A DNA stretch of 64,000 nt. It comes from an uncultured Patescibacteria group bacterium. Lineage in GTDB: Bacteria > Patescibacteriota > Patescibacteriia > Veblenbacterales > UBA10138. The stretch spans positions 44 through 64,043 of the forward strand of contig CALFUV010000012.1 in assembly GCA_937929825.1 (NCBI GenBank), given 5' to 3'. The number at the start of each line of letters is the position of its first letter. Position 1 is the first letter of the stretch. Shown here piece by piece: positions 19,574 through 29,842 of the stretch. A program made the translations under genes and the position numbers. The notes under the pieces were generated by a model, which did no database searches, was not told the DNA's origin, and worked only from the letters and a program-made list of their open reading frames with translations.

Positions 19574-20347
19574 TTATAATTTATTCATTAGATTTATAAA
19601 ACGCTTGTCTTCCAAACTTGCACCGCCAACCAATACTCCAGATAATAAACCTTGCCCTACAAAATAATGAATGTTGGTTGGATCAACGCTGCCGCCGTAA
19701 ATTATAGACACCTGACTTTTCAATGCTTTCGGACTAAAAAAATCAAGCATAGTCTGATAAATAACCAAAGCAGTTTCAGATGCTTCACGAGGTTCAACCG
19801 CCTGCCCAGAACCAATAACCCAAACAGGCTCATAAGCAATTATGAGATGTGATTCTGGAGTTAGTACCACGCCATTTAAAGCTGAACTTACCTGACGGGC
19901 AATAACCAAATCTTTTTGCCCAGACTGACGTTCAGCAAAAGTTTCGCCAACGCACAGTATAGGTTTTAACCCTTCAGATAAAGAAGCTAATAGCTTTTGT
20001 TGAATCATAGCGTCAGTTTCCTTTAAAAATTGACGACGTTCCGAATGGCCAATAATTACGTATTCAACTCCAATTTCAACTAATACTCTAGGACTAACTT
20101 CGCCGGTGTAGGGTCCTTGTGTTTTCCAAAAAACATCTTGGGCTCCTAAACTAACATTTTTTTTCTTTATAACTTCAGCTACCCCGCTTAGGGCCGGAAA
20201 GGTTGGACACAATACCAAACTCAATCTTTCCTGAAATTTATTCTTAATATATGCTTCACACAAATTTTTAGATAAAACCACACTTTCCTTCACAGAAAGG
20301 TTCATCTTCCAATTAGCTACCAATAAAGGTAATTTTTTAACAGGCAT
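19574..20347 (-). CDS. tpiA: Triosephosphate isomerase
   Basis: 'ANWKMN', 'IIGHSERR', 'AYEPVWVIGSG', 'IIYGGSV'. Confidence 0.9.
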   Translation of the reverse strand: MPVKKLPLLVANWKMNLSVKESVVLSKNLCEAYIKNKFQERLSLVLCPTFPALSGVAEVIKKKNVSLGAQDVFWKTQGPYTGEVSPRVLVEIGVEYVIIGHSERRQFLKETDAMIQQKLLASLSEGLKPILCVGETFAERQSGQKDLVIARQVSSALNGVVLTPESHLIIAYEPVWVIGSGQAVEPREASETALVIYQTMLDFFSPKALKSQVSIIYGGSVDPTNIHYFVGQGLLSGVLVGGASLEDKRFINLMNKL

Positions 20348-20408
20348 AATAAAAATATCCTCCTGTCTTTATATTAAAATAAATTAAGTCAATCGACCAG
20401 ACCCCGAC

Positions 20409-20984
20409 TTATTCTCCTGATGGTTGTGTTGTTTGGCCGGAAATTATCTGATTCAAAACTTCATCTTTAGATAAAGTTTCATATTCAGGTAATTTATCTA
20501 ATGATGATAGCCCTAAGTACCTTAAGAAATCAACAGTTACCTGATATCGAGGTGTTAAAGAATTTTCAGCTGTCATTTCCACCAAACCACGAATCATTAA
20601 ATTACGCAATATCAAACTACAATTCACTCCTCTAACCTGCTCTAATTCTGCTTTGGCTAATGGGCCACGATAAGCCAAAACAGATAAAGTTTCTAGTTGC
20701 GGTCTGGTTAAATCTCCTAACTCCTCAGCTTTAATAAAATCTTTTACCAACTCTGAATGTTCTGGTCTGGTAGCCATAACAACTTCGCCTTGATGCAAAA
20801 TTATCTCCAAACCATGTTGGCCGTCTATATAAATTTGCTCCAATTCTTTCGCAACTTTTTCCACTTCAGTCGTCGTAACAGCCAACATATCGGCTATTTT
20901 TTTTAGACTTAATGGTTTACCAGCGGCAAATAAAATACTTTCCAATTTACTACGTAAATTTATTTTATTGTTAGATGATGACAT
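20409..20984 (-). CDS. scpB: Segregation and condensation protein B
   Basis: 'LESILFAAGKPLSLKKIA' winged-helix start. Sits directly next to scpA. Confidence 0.8.
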   Translation of the reverse strand: MSSSNNKINLRSKLESILFAAGKPLSLKKIADMLAVTTTEVEKVAKELEQIYIDGQHGLEIILHQGEVVMATRPEHSELVKDFIKAEELGDLTRPQLETLSVLAYRGPLAKAELEQVRGVNCSLILRNLMIRGLVEMTAENSLTPRYQVTVDFLRYLGLSSLDKLPEYETLSKDEVLNQIISGQTTQPSGE

Positions 20985-20993
20985 AAAAAATAA

Positions 20994-21695
20994 TTATTCA
21001 GGACGAGATAAATTAATTTCTTGGAAAAGAGCAGATTGTTCGGCAATTAACTGACGTTGCTTGACAAGTTCTAACAGTGCTAAAAAAGAAACTATTACTT
21101 CTGTTTTATCTTTTGCTTCCTTAATAAGACTCTGCCAATTTAAGTGCGCTTTTTTTAATATCATGGCTTTAAGTGACTGAATTTTCTCAGTTATAGAAAT
21201 TCCTCTTTGCAAAGTAATTTGCGGCAATTTTATAATTGGCTCAAGAGCGGCAATCACCCGTGTTAAAGCTTGCATTAAATTTTCTGAATTAAGATTAACC
21301 GGCGGCCCTGATGATATTTCACCTTTTAAAATCAAAGGCTTGGGTCTAATCCAAGCTACTCGTTTAGCGCGCCACATTTTATCTATTACCTTGCTAATAT
21401 TAATAAACCTCTGGTATAGACGCAATTGACGCTCCAATTCCTCAGCTTCCTCTTCCCCACCAAGATTTAATGAAGGTAATAAAAGACGCGATTTAATAAG
21501 CAATAATTTAGCCGCCACCACTAAAAAATCAGCTACTTCTTCTGGATTTAGCTCTTCAACTTGTTTTAAATAATCAATATACTGATCAGTTACCTGAGCT
21601 AAACTAACCTCGCTAATATCAAGTTTTTCTTGTTCAATTAATTGCAACAAAAGATCCAGTGGTCCAGTAAATTTTTCTAATCTAATTTCATACAT
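20994..21695 (-). CDS. scpA: Segregation and condensation protein A
   Basis: 'GPLDLLLQLIEQEKLDISEVSLAQVTDQY' ScpA N-terminal motif. Confidence 0.8.
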   Translation of the reverse strand: MYEIRLEKFTGPLDLLLQLIEQEKLDISEVSLAQVTDQYIDYLKQVEELNPEEVADFLVVAAKLLLIKSRLLLPSLNLGGEEEAEELERQLRLYQRFINISKVIDKMWRAKRVAWIRPKPLILKGEISSGPPVNLNSENLMQALTRVIAALEPIIKLPQITLQRGISITEKIQSLKAMILKKAHLNWQSLIKEAKDKTEVIVSFLALLELVKQRQLIAEQSALFQEINLSRPE

Positions 21696-21855
21696 AATTT
21701 ATCTCCTTAAAAATTATTATCCTAATATAACTCCCATATAATCTCTTTAAATTTTAACGTTTTCCTTTAATAATATAATTTATCTTTACGCTCCACTAAA
21801 CTAACCGTCAAAACTGTTATCTTAATTTTTCTCATTTAGTAATTTCGGGCATAAT

Positions 21856-22338
21856 TTACTCTCTTTTTTTGGAAAAGTTAGCTAATTTACCCTCAACTAT
21901 CTTAAGCAAATCTTTGGTTTTTAAATGTATAGACTCTTCAAAACTGCCGACTTGGACTACAGTTTTCTGGGCTTTCATTAAGGCTTTATCAATATATACG
22001 GGTAACTTGGCCATAACGCCATGAAAAGGTGACAATGCGCCCGGCTTGACTTTAAACAATTTAACCATCACCTTTTCTTTATCAATCTCAACCTTCTTGA
22101 CGCCCAATACTTTTTTTAAAGCCTTAAAATCAACTTGACGTGAGGCTGGTAAAACCAAAATAGCATGTCCTTTGTCTAATTTAACCACTAAAGTTTTACT
22201 GACTTCTGATAATTTCTTTTTAAGAGTTTGAGCTAAATCATAAGCAGTATAAACCGTACGGTGCGCTAACACTTCATATTTGACTTTTTGTTTTTTTAAA
22301 AAATTTGCCACTTTGGCAGGCATGGGCCTATGATTCAT
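21856..22338 (-). CDS. YbaK/ProX-like aminoacyl-tRNA deacylase domain protein
   Basis: 160 aa. 'KTLVVKLDKGHAILVLPASRQVDFKALKKVLG' fits the YbaK editing-domain core. Confidence 0.55.
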   Translation of the reverse strand: MNHRPMPAKVANFLKKQKVKYEVLAHRTVYTAYDLAQTLKKKLSEVSKTLVVKLDKGHAILVLPASRQVDFKALKKVLGVKKVEIDKEKVMVKLFKVKPGALSPFHGVMAKLPVYIDKALMKAQKTVVQVGSFEESIHLKTKDLLKIVEGKLANFSKKRE

Positions 22339-22356
22339 ATATTTCTCAATTAATTA

Positions 22357-22623
22357 TTAATTACCAAACTTAGTTAAGGTATCAAAAATAGGAATATTAA
22401 AAGACTGTAAAATAATGAAAAAAATGATTATTAAAGCACACCATAAGATTATTTTAAAAATTAGACTGGTGATAATTTTAAGTACAAAAGACATAATAAC
22501 AGCTGCACCCAAACCTATAGCCCAGATTGGCAAACTACGACTAAGACCGTCTACATAATGAGACGGCATGTATAATATAATTAATTGACCGATTTTAGTT
22601 AACCAATCTAAAACCGCTTCCAT
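22357..22623 (-). CDS. Small hypothetical membrane protein
   Basis: 88 aa, two or three TM helices. Confidence 0.35.
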   Translation of the reverse strand: MEAVLDWLTKIGQLIILYMPSHYVDGLSRSLPIWAIGLGAAVIMSFVLKIITSLIFKIILWCALIIIFFIILQSFNIPIFDTLTKFGN

Positions 22624-22626
22624 AAA

Positions 22627-22950
22627 TTATTTTTTATGATTGCTTTTAGATATTCTTAAGGGTAAAACTTGTTGTTCACCTAAAAGCCTACGAGCTATCT
22701 TCCTGCCGGCGGGCATTAAACGCACTTCCTTAATGTACCACTTTTCAGGAGTTCTGACACCATAACCAACCAGTAACCCCTTATCTATTAAGCTTTCCAA
22801 ACTTTTAGTAATAATATTTACCATATCAGCCTGCTTTGGTTTAAATTTTTGGATCTCATAAAACTTAGCAAAACTAGTTCTACTAACAACCCTAGCTGAA
22901 GAATTATAACAAAATTTTAATATATACTTTTGCAAAGGCGAGAGGCGCAT
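22627..22950 (-). CDS. Hypothetical protein
   Basis: 107-aa ORF abutting its neighbours. No recognisable motif. Confidence 0.35.
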   Translation of the reverse strand: MRLSPLQKYILKFCYNSSARVVSRTSFAKFYEIQKFKPKQADMVNIITKSLESLIDKGLLVGYGVRTPEKWYIKEVRLMPAGRKIARRLLGEQQVLPLRISKSNHKK

Positions 22951-22958
22951 AAATCATT

Positions 22959-23627
22959 TCATAATAATTTAAATCTATTTATTATTAAATTAAATTTTAA
23001 GTTTAATTTTTCTGCCGCCTGCCGGCAATAAGACATGCGTTCGCTAAAAATCTCAAAGTACTCCCCAACCGGTGCTTGATTGGTATCTATGCGCAGTTTT
23101 AAAGTCACTGTCCGCTGGCTAGCACTTAATAAAAATTCATTTTTGGTCACAGCATAATTAACTCGATCATGAATATCGCGAGCTCTGTTTTCAGGACTGC
23201 CATTCATTACTCGTGAACGTCGAACATCTGATTTATCTGCTAGTATTAAACAAGCGGCTACTGGATTAGGAATTTTAATTTCATCTTTATCGTGCGCCAC
23301 AATAGCTTGCATAATTATAGCTAATTCTTCTACCGGTAAACGATTGCGAAAATTCTCGCCAAATAATATACCTCCCCAATAATGATGTTGAGTGCGACCC
23401 AAAAAATTTGCCATATCATGACAATAACCAGCCATAGCGGCTAACTCCTGCCGGCGGACTGAAAGTTTGGCTGCTTTAGCTACCTCTCTAGCTCGTTCAG
23501 CCACCACTTCCACATGCTTAAAACCATGATCTGTAAAACCTAAAAATTTCATATATTCACCGGTTTGGCGAATATACTCGTTTATATTTTTATCTGCTTT
23601 AACATCACTTAAAGTAAATTGCTTCAT
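22959..23627 (-). CDS. HD-domain phosphohydrolase
   Basis: 'HGFKHVEVV' ... 'CHDMANF' ... 'AHDKD' metal-binding His/Asp pattern. Confidence 0.65.
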   Translation of the reverse strand: MKQFTLSDVKADKNINEYIRQTGEYMKFLGFTDHGFKHVEVVAERAREVAKAAKLSVRRQELAAMAGYCHDMANFLGRTQHHYWGGILFGENFRNRLPVEELAIIMQAIVAHDKDEIKIPNPVAACLILADKSDVRRSRVMNGSPENRARDIHDRVNYAVTKNEFLLSASQRTVTLKLRIDTNQAPVGEYFEIFSERMSYCRQAAEKLNLKFNLIINRFKLL

Positions 23628-23631
23628 ATAA

Positions 23632-24183
23632 TTACAAATAACTTTGTCTTTTAGCGAGCAATAACCAATCTTTCTTTATAACTGCCAAAAGAATAGAGTC
23701 ATAAAATTTTCCTTGTTTAAGAACATACTGACGTAATAAACCTTCACACTTATAACCACATTTTTTATTATAAGCCATACTTCTAGGATTATTGGTTAAA
23801 ACATAACTTTCTACTCGATTCAAATCTAATTTCAAAAAAGCATACCTAAGCAAAGTCATTTTAGCATCCGAACCATAACCTCTGCCCCAATACTTACTGT
23901 CGGCAATGAAAGCTCCACTAATTGCCCTCTTATGTTTTTTATCTATACGAGCCAAACTCATAACTCCTATTGGTTCGCCGGTATCCTTTTTTTTAATTAC
24001 AAAGTGTTTGGAAATTTTGCTTTTTACCATTTGTCTCACCTTTCTTTTTTCTTTGGCTAAACTAATGGGTATTTCAGTAGTTAAAAATCTGTTAACTTTT
24101 TTATTATTTATCCAACGGTGAAGCATTTTAGTATCACTTATTTTTACCGGACGCAAAACGACTTTTTTGCCTTTTAAAATCAT
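23632..24183 (-). CDS. GNAT-family N-acetyltransferase (RimJ/RimL-like)
   Basis: 'VVLRPVKISDTKMLHRW', 'NKKCGYKCEGLLR' motif arrangement. Confidence 0.65.
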   Translation of the reverse strand: MILKGKKVVLRPVKISDTKMLHRWINNKKVNRFLTTEIPISLAKEKRKVRQMVKSKISKHFVIKKKDTGEPIGVMSLARIDKKHKRAISGAFIADSKYWGRGYGSDAKMTLLRYAFLKLDLNRVESYVLTNNPRSMAYNKKCGYKCEGLLRQYVLKQGKFYDSILLAVIKKDWLLLAKRQSYL

Positions 24184-25616
24184 TTGACTTCTATACCTAA
24201 TTCATTTAACTGTTCAGGAGTAACTTCATCTGGCGAGCCCATAAGAAGATCTTTGGCGTCAGCTGTTTTAGGAAAAGCTATAACTTCACGAATATTTGGT
24301 TCGTTTGCCAGCACCATAATTAATCTATCTAACCCCCAGGCAATTCCGCCATGCGGCGGCGCACCTAATTGTAAGGCATGACAAATAGCTGAGAAATTAT
24401 CTGTAACTTCTTTTCCGCTGTATCCTAAAATTTTAAAAACAGCCAGCAAATCTTCTAACTTATGATTTCTAATACTTCCTCCCCCTATTTCCCAGCCATT
24501 GAGTACTATATCATACTGCGTAGTAAGAATTGTTGGGATAACTTTATCATTTTTCAATATATGAGCTTGCGATAGAGACACTCCAAAACTCTTCATTGCT
24601 TCAATATATTCATCTTTAGGTTTTGAAAATGGATTGTGAGTAAATGTCCAGCCTGTTGGTGAATCGTCATCTTTCTCAAAAAAAGGAAAATCCACAACCC
24701 AACAAAAAGCCAATAAGTTAGGGTCGTTCTTATCCTTTCTTAAATCTGGCCTGTCGGTTCTGTAATTATTCATTACCTCGTTATATGTCAAGCGCGGGAA
24801 AGGAACTTCTTGAATTTTTTTCTCAGGGCAAATATTTTTTATAATCTCAATTAATAATTCCTCATTTAATCGCATTACATCTTCACGCTCCACAAAACTC
24901 ATTTCCAAATCAAGTTGAGTAAATTCCGGTTGTCTGTCGCCTCGAGTGTCCTCATCCCTAAAACATCTTGCAATCTGAAAATAACGCTCTACTCCCGCAC
25001 ACATCAGTAGTTGCTTATACTGCTGTGGTGATTGTGGCAGGGCGTAGAACTTGCCTTTATATAAACGAGATGGTACCAAATAATCCCTAGCACCTTCAGG
25101 AGTGGATTTAGAAAGTATTGGTGTTTCCACTTCCCTAAAACCTCGCTCTGATAAAAACTGTCGAATAAACAAAATCACTTCATGGCGCAAACTTAAATTT
25201 TTTTGCAAACGCTCATGACGCAAATCAAGGTAACGATATTTTAAGCGCAATTCTTCAGATGCCTGCCTATCTTCATTATCAATTTCAAAGGGCGGGGTTT
25301 TAGCTTCATTTAAAATTTCTAACTTCTCACATAATAGCTCTAATTTACCTGAAGCTAACTTATCGTTTTCACTGCCTGCTTTTCTAGCCTGAACTACACC
25401 GCTTGCGGAAACAACGAATTCAGGACGAATTTCTTTGACTGCCTTAATTGTTGCTTCCTCTGCATTCGGCGGCACTATCACCTGCATAAGCCCACTCATA
25501 TCTCGTAAATCAAAGAACACCATTTTACCCAAGTTCCTCCGCGCATGAACCCACCCCTTGAGCACTACTTGATCACCAACTTTATTAATTGCTTCTGAAA
25601 TTAAAATGCGAGTCAT
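24180..25616 (-). CDS. aspS: Aspartate--tRNA ligase (class IIb, compact form without long GAD insertion)
   Basis: N-terminal OB-fold 'VLKGWVHARRNLGKMVFFDLRD'. Motif 2 'FQIARCFRDEDTRGDRQPEFTQLD'. Motif 3 'GGGSIR...GLDRLIMVL'. Confidence 0.8.
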   Translation of the reverse strand: MTRILISEAINKVGDQVVLKGWVHARRNLGKMVFFDLRDMSGLMQVIVPPNAEEATIKAVKEIRPEFVVSASGVVQARKAGSENDKLASGKLELLCEKLEILNEAKTPPFEIDNEDRQASEELRLKYRYLDLRHERLQKNLSLRHEVILFIRQFLSERGFREVETPILSKSTPEGARDYLVPSRLYKGKFYALPQSPQQYKQLLMCAGVERYFQIARCFRDEDTRGDRQPEFTQLDLEMSFVEREDVMRLNEELLIEIIKNICPEKKIQEVPFPRLTYNEVMNNYRTDRPDLRKDKNDPNLLAFCWVVDFPFFEKDDDSPTGWTFTHNPFSKPKDEYIEAMKSFGVSLSQAHILKNDKVIPTILTTQYDIVLNGWEIGGGSIRNHKLEDLLAVFKILGYSGKEVTDNFSAICHALQLGAPPHGGIAWGLDRLIMVLANEPNIREVIAFPKTADAKDLLMGSPDEVTPEQLNELGIEVK

Positions 25617-26120
25617 ATGCTAATAAATTTCTTTTAATTATAAGTGAGCTTGCTTTATTTAAAGCAATACCTGAACTACTTAACGACAAATCTTTTAATA
25701 TATAAGTTTTATAACCCATATCAATGCCATCAAAAGCTGAAGCTATAACACAAGCATCAATATCTATACCACATAAATACACTTTTTTATTTTATTCTTA
25801 ATTAATAATTTAATTATATCTTTTGAATTAAACACTGAATAAGTACTTCTTTTTACTAATTTATACTTTTTACTTAATACTGCCAAAGTTGGTACAATAT
25901 CAATATCTGGAGATTTTAAACACGCTTTCCACTTTAATTCATTAAACAGTATCGTCTGGCGATTATTAACAAAAATTGAAAAAATTATCAAATCAAATCT
26001 ATGTTTATTTATTTCAATGTAATTAGCAATCTTTCCGGGTAATGAACTTGTATACTTATTAATGAAGAATTTCTGAATATCTACTATAATTAAAGCATTT
26101 TTATCTCTGAATTTTTTCAT
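25585..26120 (-). pseudogene. Isochorismatase-family (cysteine hydrolase) gene split into two ORFs (25764..26120 and 25585..25782) at an A6 run, the in-frame heptamer A_AAA_AAG
   Basis: N-terminal ORF 'ALIIVDIQKFF'. C-terminal ORF 'LCGIDIDACVIASAFDGIDMGYKTYILKD', the catalytic-Cys region. A -1 shift at RNA AAAAAAG (plus 25782..25788) fuses them as ...KNKIKKVYLCGIDIDACV. Confidence 0.6.
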
Positions 26121-26121
26121 T

Positions 26122-27411
26122 TTAAGGTCTTAATCTGTTAATTAAACGTGGAAAAGGTATACTCTCACGCACATGTTTCAAACCACAAACCCAAGCTACC
26201 AAACGTTCTAAACCTACACCAAAGCCCGAATGCGGCACACTGCCATATTTGCGCAAATCTAAATACCATTGGAAATCAGCAATATTTAATTTTTCTTTCT
26301 TCATTCTTTCAAGCAAGGTATTATAATCATCTTCACGCTGGCTACCACCAATAATTTCACCATACCCCTCAGGCGCTAATAAATCAGCATTTAATACGCG
26401 AATTGGATCAGCTGGATCTCGTTTCATATAAAAAGCCTTAACTTCTGCTGGATATTTCTCCACAAAAATAGGTTTATCATAAAGTTCGGTTAAAAGTGTT
26501 TCATCATCCGCACCCAAATCATCCATATCTTTTATATCACTTCCTCTCTCGTGTAATTTAGTAATAGCTTCTTTATGAGTAAGCCGATAAAATGGCGGGG
26601 TTACTCTTTGTAAAATCGTAGTATCGCGTTCCAATATATTCAATTCATTTTTATTATTTTCCAAGACAGTTTTAACGACTGCTGTAATTAAATTTTCCTG
26701 AATTTTTAAATTTTCCTCGTGCTCCACAAAAGCAGCCTCTGCGTCCATCATCCAAAATTCAGTAAGATGACGGCGGGTCTTGCTTTTCTCTGCCCTAAAA
26801 ACAGGACCAAAATCAAATACCCGACCATGGCTAAATATAGCAGCTTCAATATATAATTGACCAGACTGCGTTAAATAAGCCGGTTCGCCAAAATAATCTA
26901 TGGAAAAAAGTGTGGTTGTGCCCTCGCAAGAAGTGGGTGTTAAAATCGGCGCGTCTATTTTTACAAAACCCTGCTGATTAAGATGGGAATAAATAGCATT
27001 TATAATTGTATTACGAACACGCTGAATAGCCCATTGCCGACGCGATCTTAACCACAAATGCCTATTATCCAACAAAAAATCAGGCCCATGCTCTTTTTTG
27101 CCAATTGGATAATCTTCTGCCCGAGAAACTAAATTAATTAATTTGGCTTTTAGCTCATATTCTTCTTTTTTGGGATGCTTATCCACCACGCCAATAATAA
27201 TCACCGAACTTTCTAAAGTTAATTTTTGAGCAATCTGATAGCTTTTATCATCAATTAATGCCTCATCCACTATAACCTGAGCATAACCAGCTCCATCCCG
27301 AAGTTCCAAAAACCAAATTTTGCCCGAAGAACGTAAATTTTGTACCCACCCGCGTAACTCAACCTCTTGATCTTGATATCTGGGCAGGTCTTTGGTAAAA
27401 ATATGTTTCAT
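26122..27411 (-). CDS. asnS: Class IIb aminoacyl-tRNA synthetase, most like asparagine--tRNA ligase (alternatively an archaeal-type AspRS)
   Basis: 'ELRGWVQNLRSSGKIWFLELRD' anticodon-binding fold. Motif 2 'FRAEKSKTRRHLTEFWMMDAE'. C-terminus 'PHSGFGVGLERLVAWVCGLKHVRESIPFPR'. Confidence 0.6.
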   Translation of the reverse strand: MKHIFTKDLPRYQDQEVELRGWVQNLRSSGKIWFLELRDGAGYAQVIVDEALIDDKSYQIAQKLTLESSVIIIGVVDKHPKKEEYELKAKLINLVSRAEDYPIGKKEHGPDFLLDNRHLWLRSRRQWAIQRVRNTIINAIYSHLNQQGFVKIDAPILTPTSCEGTTTLFSIDYFGEPAYLTQSGQLYIEAAIFSHGRVFDFGPVFRAEKSKTRRHLTEFWMMDAEAAFVEHEENLKIQENLITAVVKTVLENNKNELNILERDTTILQRVTPPFYRLTHKEAITKLHERGSDIKDMDDLGADDETLLTELYDKPIFVEKYPAEVKAFYMKRDPADPIRVLNADLLAPEGYGEIIGGSQREDDYNTLLERMKKEKLNIADFQWYLDLRKYGSVPHSGFGVGLERLVAWVCGLKHVRESIPFPRLINRLRP

Positions 27412-27511
27412 ATTGAGTATAATGTAACATTTTTAATTAATTTTGACAAAAACAATTTATTAGATTAGACCAGTGGCACTTTAATCTATAAATGATATAT
27501 TATTTATAATT

Positions 27512-27982
27512 ATGACTTGCCAATTTATCAAATCTGTAAAAAAAATATTTTGGCGGGTTTTTGAACCATTTTTCCCTACTTTCAGGGATGCTTGGGTGGC
27601 GTTGGGATTTATTAGTCATAACGTTAGACAGCCATACCTTTATGGTACTATAAAACCTGGCCTTAATCGTCAAGACTTAAAAAAACATTTAAGTACTGCT
27701 GGTTTTGATAATGATTATTTAGCCTGGATTGATCCTGACGAAATTTTAAATATGCGTAAAGTTGTCAATGGTGATTATCAGTATCACGTGCGTCTATTTA
27801 TTGATGGAGAGGTTAGAGCACATTATGAGTTTACACCTGAATCGCATCCGTTTAAGCATTTATATGATGTTGGCTTAACAGACGGCGCTGATTATCTCAA
27901 ACCACTACTAGCCAACCTAGTTCAGGAACTACCTGAACCATCGTTGTCTTTACGCAATAATACCCAAGGTGAAACATCTTGA
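27512..27982 (+). CDS. Hypothetical protein
   Basis: 156-aa ORF. Convergent with, and overlapping by 60 nt, the next ORF. Confidence 0.35.
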   Translation: MTCQFIKSVKKIFWRVFEPFFPTFRDAWVALGFISHNVRQPYLYGTIKPGLNRQDLKKHLSTAGFDNDYLAWIDPDEILNMRKVVNGDYQYHVRLFIDGEVRAHYEFTPESHPFKHLYDVGLTDGADYLKPLLANLVQELPEPSLSLRNNTQGETS

Positions 27983-28245
27983 GCTAAATAAAAAGCTTGC
28001 ACCAATTCACTGCGGGTAATAATACCTTTAGTTAGATGACGGCTATTATGGCGATACATTGGCTCAATTATTAACGGCGGGCCAAATTCGTCAAAATATT
28101 CCAGTGCTTTTTTAATAAGCACCACCCGCTTCCCCTCACCTGAGTGGCGATTTAATAATTTAAAGAAAAAACTCTGCAGCCAGATAAAAAAATGTAATGC
28201 TATTGGCAACCCGCAACGATGACATTTACCACGCAATCGCCACAT
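27922..28245 (-). CDS. Hypothetical protein (CxxC-containing)
   Basis: 107-aa ORF abutting dedA. 'CHRCG'. Could be spurious. Confidence 0.25.
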   Translation of the reverse strand: MWRLRGKCHRCGLPIALHFFIWLQSFFFKLLNRHSGEGKRVVLIKKALEYFDEFGPPLIIEPMYRHNSRHLTKGIITRSELVQAFYLAQDVSPWVLLRKDNDGSGSS

Positions 28246-28941
28246 TTATTTTTGTCTCCTTTTTTGCCAAGCTTTTCTAAGCTTGGCCATAATACTTTGA
28301 CGATGGGTGCGACTAATTATCAATTTCCAAACCGCCGGCAATACTGAAACTATTATTATTAAAGCAACTATGGGCAATAAGTATTTATCTACTCCTGGTA
28401 TAATGCTACCAAGATAATAACCCAGCAAAGTTAAACCAATAGTCCATAAAACTGCGCCTACTATATTATAGATTAAAAAAGTGGGATAATGCATATCACC
28501 CACACCGGCTAAAATAGGCGCTAAAGTACGAATACCCGGAATAAACCTAGCCAAAATAATGGTTTTCCCGCCGTGACGGGCATAAAAAGCTTGAGCTCGG
28601 ACAACATTTTCCGGATTAAAAAAAAGTGAATGCTGTCTGGTAAAAAATTTTTTGCCTACTCGTCGGCCAAAAGTATAACCAACACTGTCACCAGTCACCG
28701 CCGCCACAAAAAATATAGTGAGTAAAGTCACAATATCAAATATCCCCTGCGAACTTAAAAAACCGGCAGTAAAAAGTAAACTATCGCCGGGAAAAAAAAT
28801 ACCAACCAATAACCCTGATTCAGCGAAAATAATACCAAATAAACCAACATAACCAGCTGTAGTAATAATTGATTCCAAATTCATAAATGTTTTTATAATT
28901 GTTTTATTAGACTTAAGAAACTTTAAGCCACTTTTTGGCAA
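28246..28941 (-). CDS. DedA/TVP38-family membrane protein
   Basis: 'GLFGIIFAESGLLVGIFFPGDSLLFTAGFL' DedA signature. Confidence 0.75.
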   Translation of the reverse strand: MPKSGLKFLKSNKTIIKTFMNLESIITTAGYVGLFGIIFAESGLLVGIFFPGDSLLFTAGFLSSQGIFDIVTLLTIFFVAAVTGDSVGYTFGRRVGKKFFTRQHSLFFNPENVVRAQAFYARHGGKTIILARFIPGIRTLAPILAGVGDMHYPTFLIYNIVGAVLWTIGLTLLGYYLGSIIPGVDKYLLPIVALIIIVSVLPAVWKLIISRTHRQSIMAKLRKAWQKRRQK

Positions 28942-29842
28942 TTAACCCGCTGACAGGTAAAAAAATTGTCCAAGGTACTACCGATAAAATAATAGGCAGG
29001 GTTATAGCCGGTTCCGGGAAAAAATTATCTACCAAATATATAGCCAGCAAAAAATTCATGTAAGTTAAACAGATTGAAATAGTAAATCTGTCTTTTGAGG
29101 AACGCCAAAAAATAGCCGTGTAACCAAGCCAGTGAAAAAAAGCAAATAATATAAACAAAGAAACTAAAACAGTTAAAGTATGGGGATCGCTGAAAGATTT
29201 AAGTATAGCCTCAGCCTGACGCGAACTAACAGCGGCAATTATCAAGCCTAATAAAGTTACAGACAAAAGTGGGCTTATTTTTGTTATATGCATACTGGCC
29301 CTAGGCCAAGTGTATTTTAAAATTTCCGCTAAAATAAAAGGAATAAAAATAACTTTGGTTAAAGATAAAAACATATCAATAAAAGAAACTTGCACCTGTG
29401 CACCAGCAAAAAACTTTATTAAAAACGGTACAGTTAAAGGTGCTAGTAGTGAAGTGGTAGCAGTAGCTAACAAAGCCAAACTTTGTCGCCCACCCATTAA
29501 TTCAGCTATCAAAGGAGCGGCCATAGCTGTAGGCATGGCGGCCAGTATAAAAAATGGTAAAGCCAGCTCCGAAACAAAAAATCGCAGTAAATAATAAACC
29601 ATTACCGGAATAACTATTAGCATCAAAAAATTCGTTTCAACCACCATACGCCAATCTCGCAAATAAAGAATTATTTCTTTTAAATTAATTTTCAGAGCTG
29701 TTAAAAAAAAGATAACTCCTAAAAAAATAGTTGTATAAGGCAAAAATAAACTAGCTAACTTTGGTGTTAGTAAACCAAAAAGCAAAGCAGCTAAAGCTAC
29801 CAATAAATAAGACTGCCCCAATCTTTTAACTGCCTGTGCCAT
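28913..29842 (-). CDS. BART-superfamily transporter (BASS bile-acid:Na+ symporter / ACR3-like)
   Basis: 309 aa, about 10 TM helices. Size and inverted-repeat topology fit BASS/ACR3. Sits in an operon with arsR. Confidence 0.4.
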   Translation of the reverse strand: MAQAVKRLGQSYLLVALAALLFGLLTPKLASLFLPYTTIFLGVIFFLTALKINLKEIILYLRDWRMVVETNFLMLIVIPVMVYYLLRFFVSELALPFFILAAMPTAMAAPLIAELMGGRQSLALLATATTSLLAPLTVPFLIKFFAGAQVQVSFIDMFLSLTKVIFIPFILAEILKYTWPRASMHITKISPLLSVTLLGLIIAAVSSRQAEAILKSFSDPHTLTVLVSLFILFAFFHWLGYTAIFWRSSKDRFTISICLTYMNFLLAIYLVDNFFPEPAITLPIILSVVPWTIFLPVSGLIAKKWLKVS

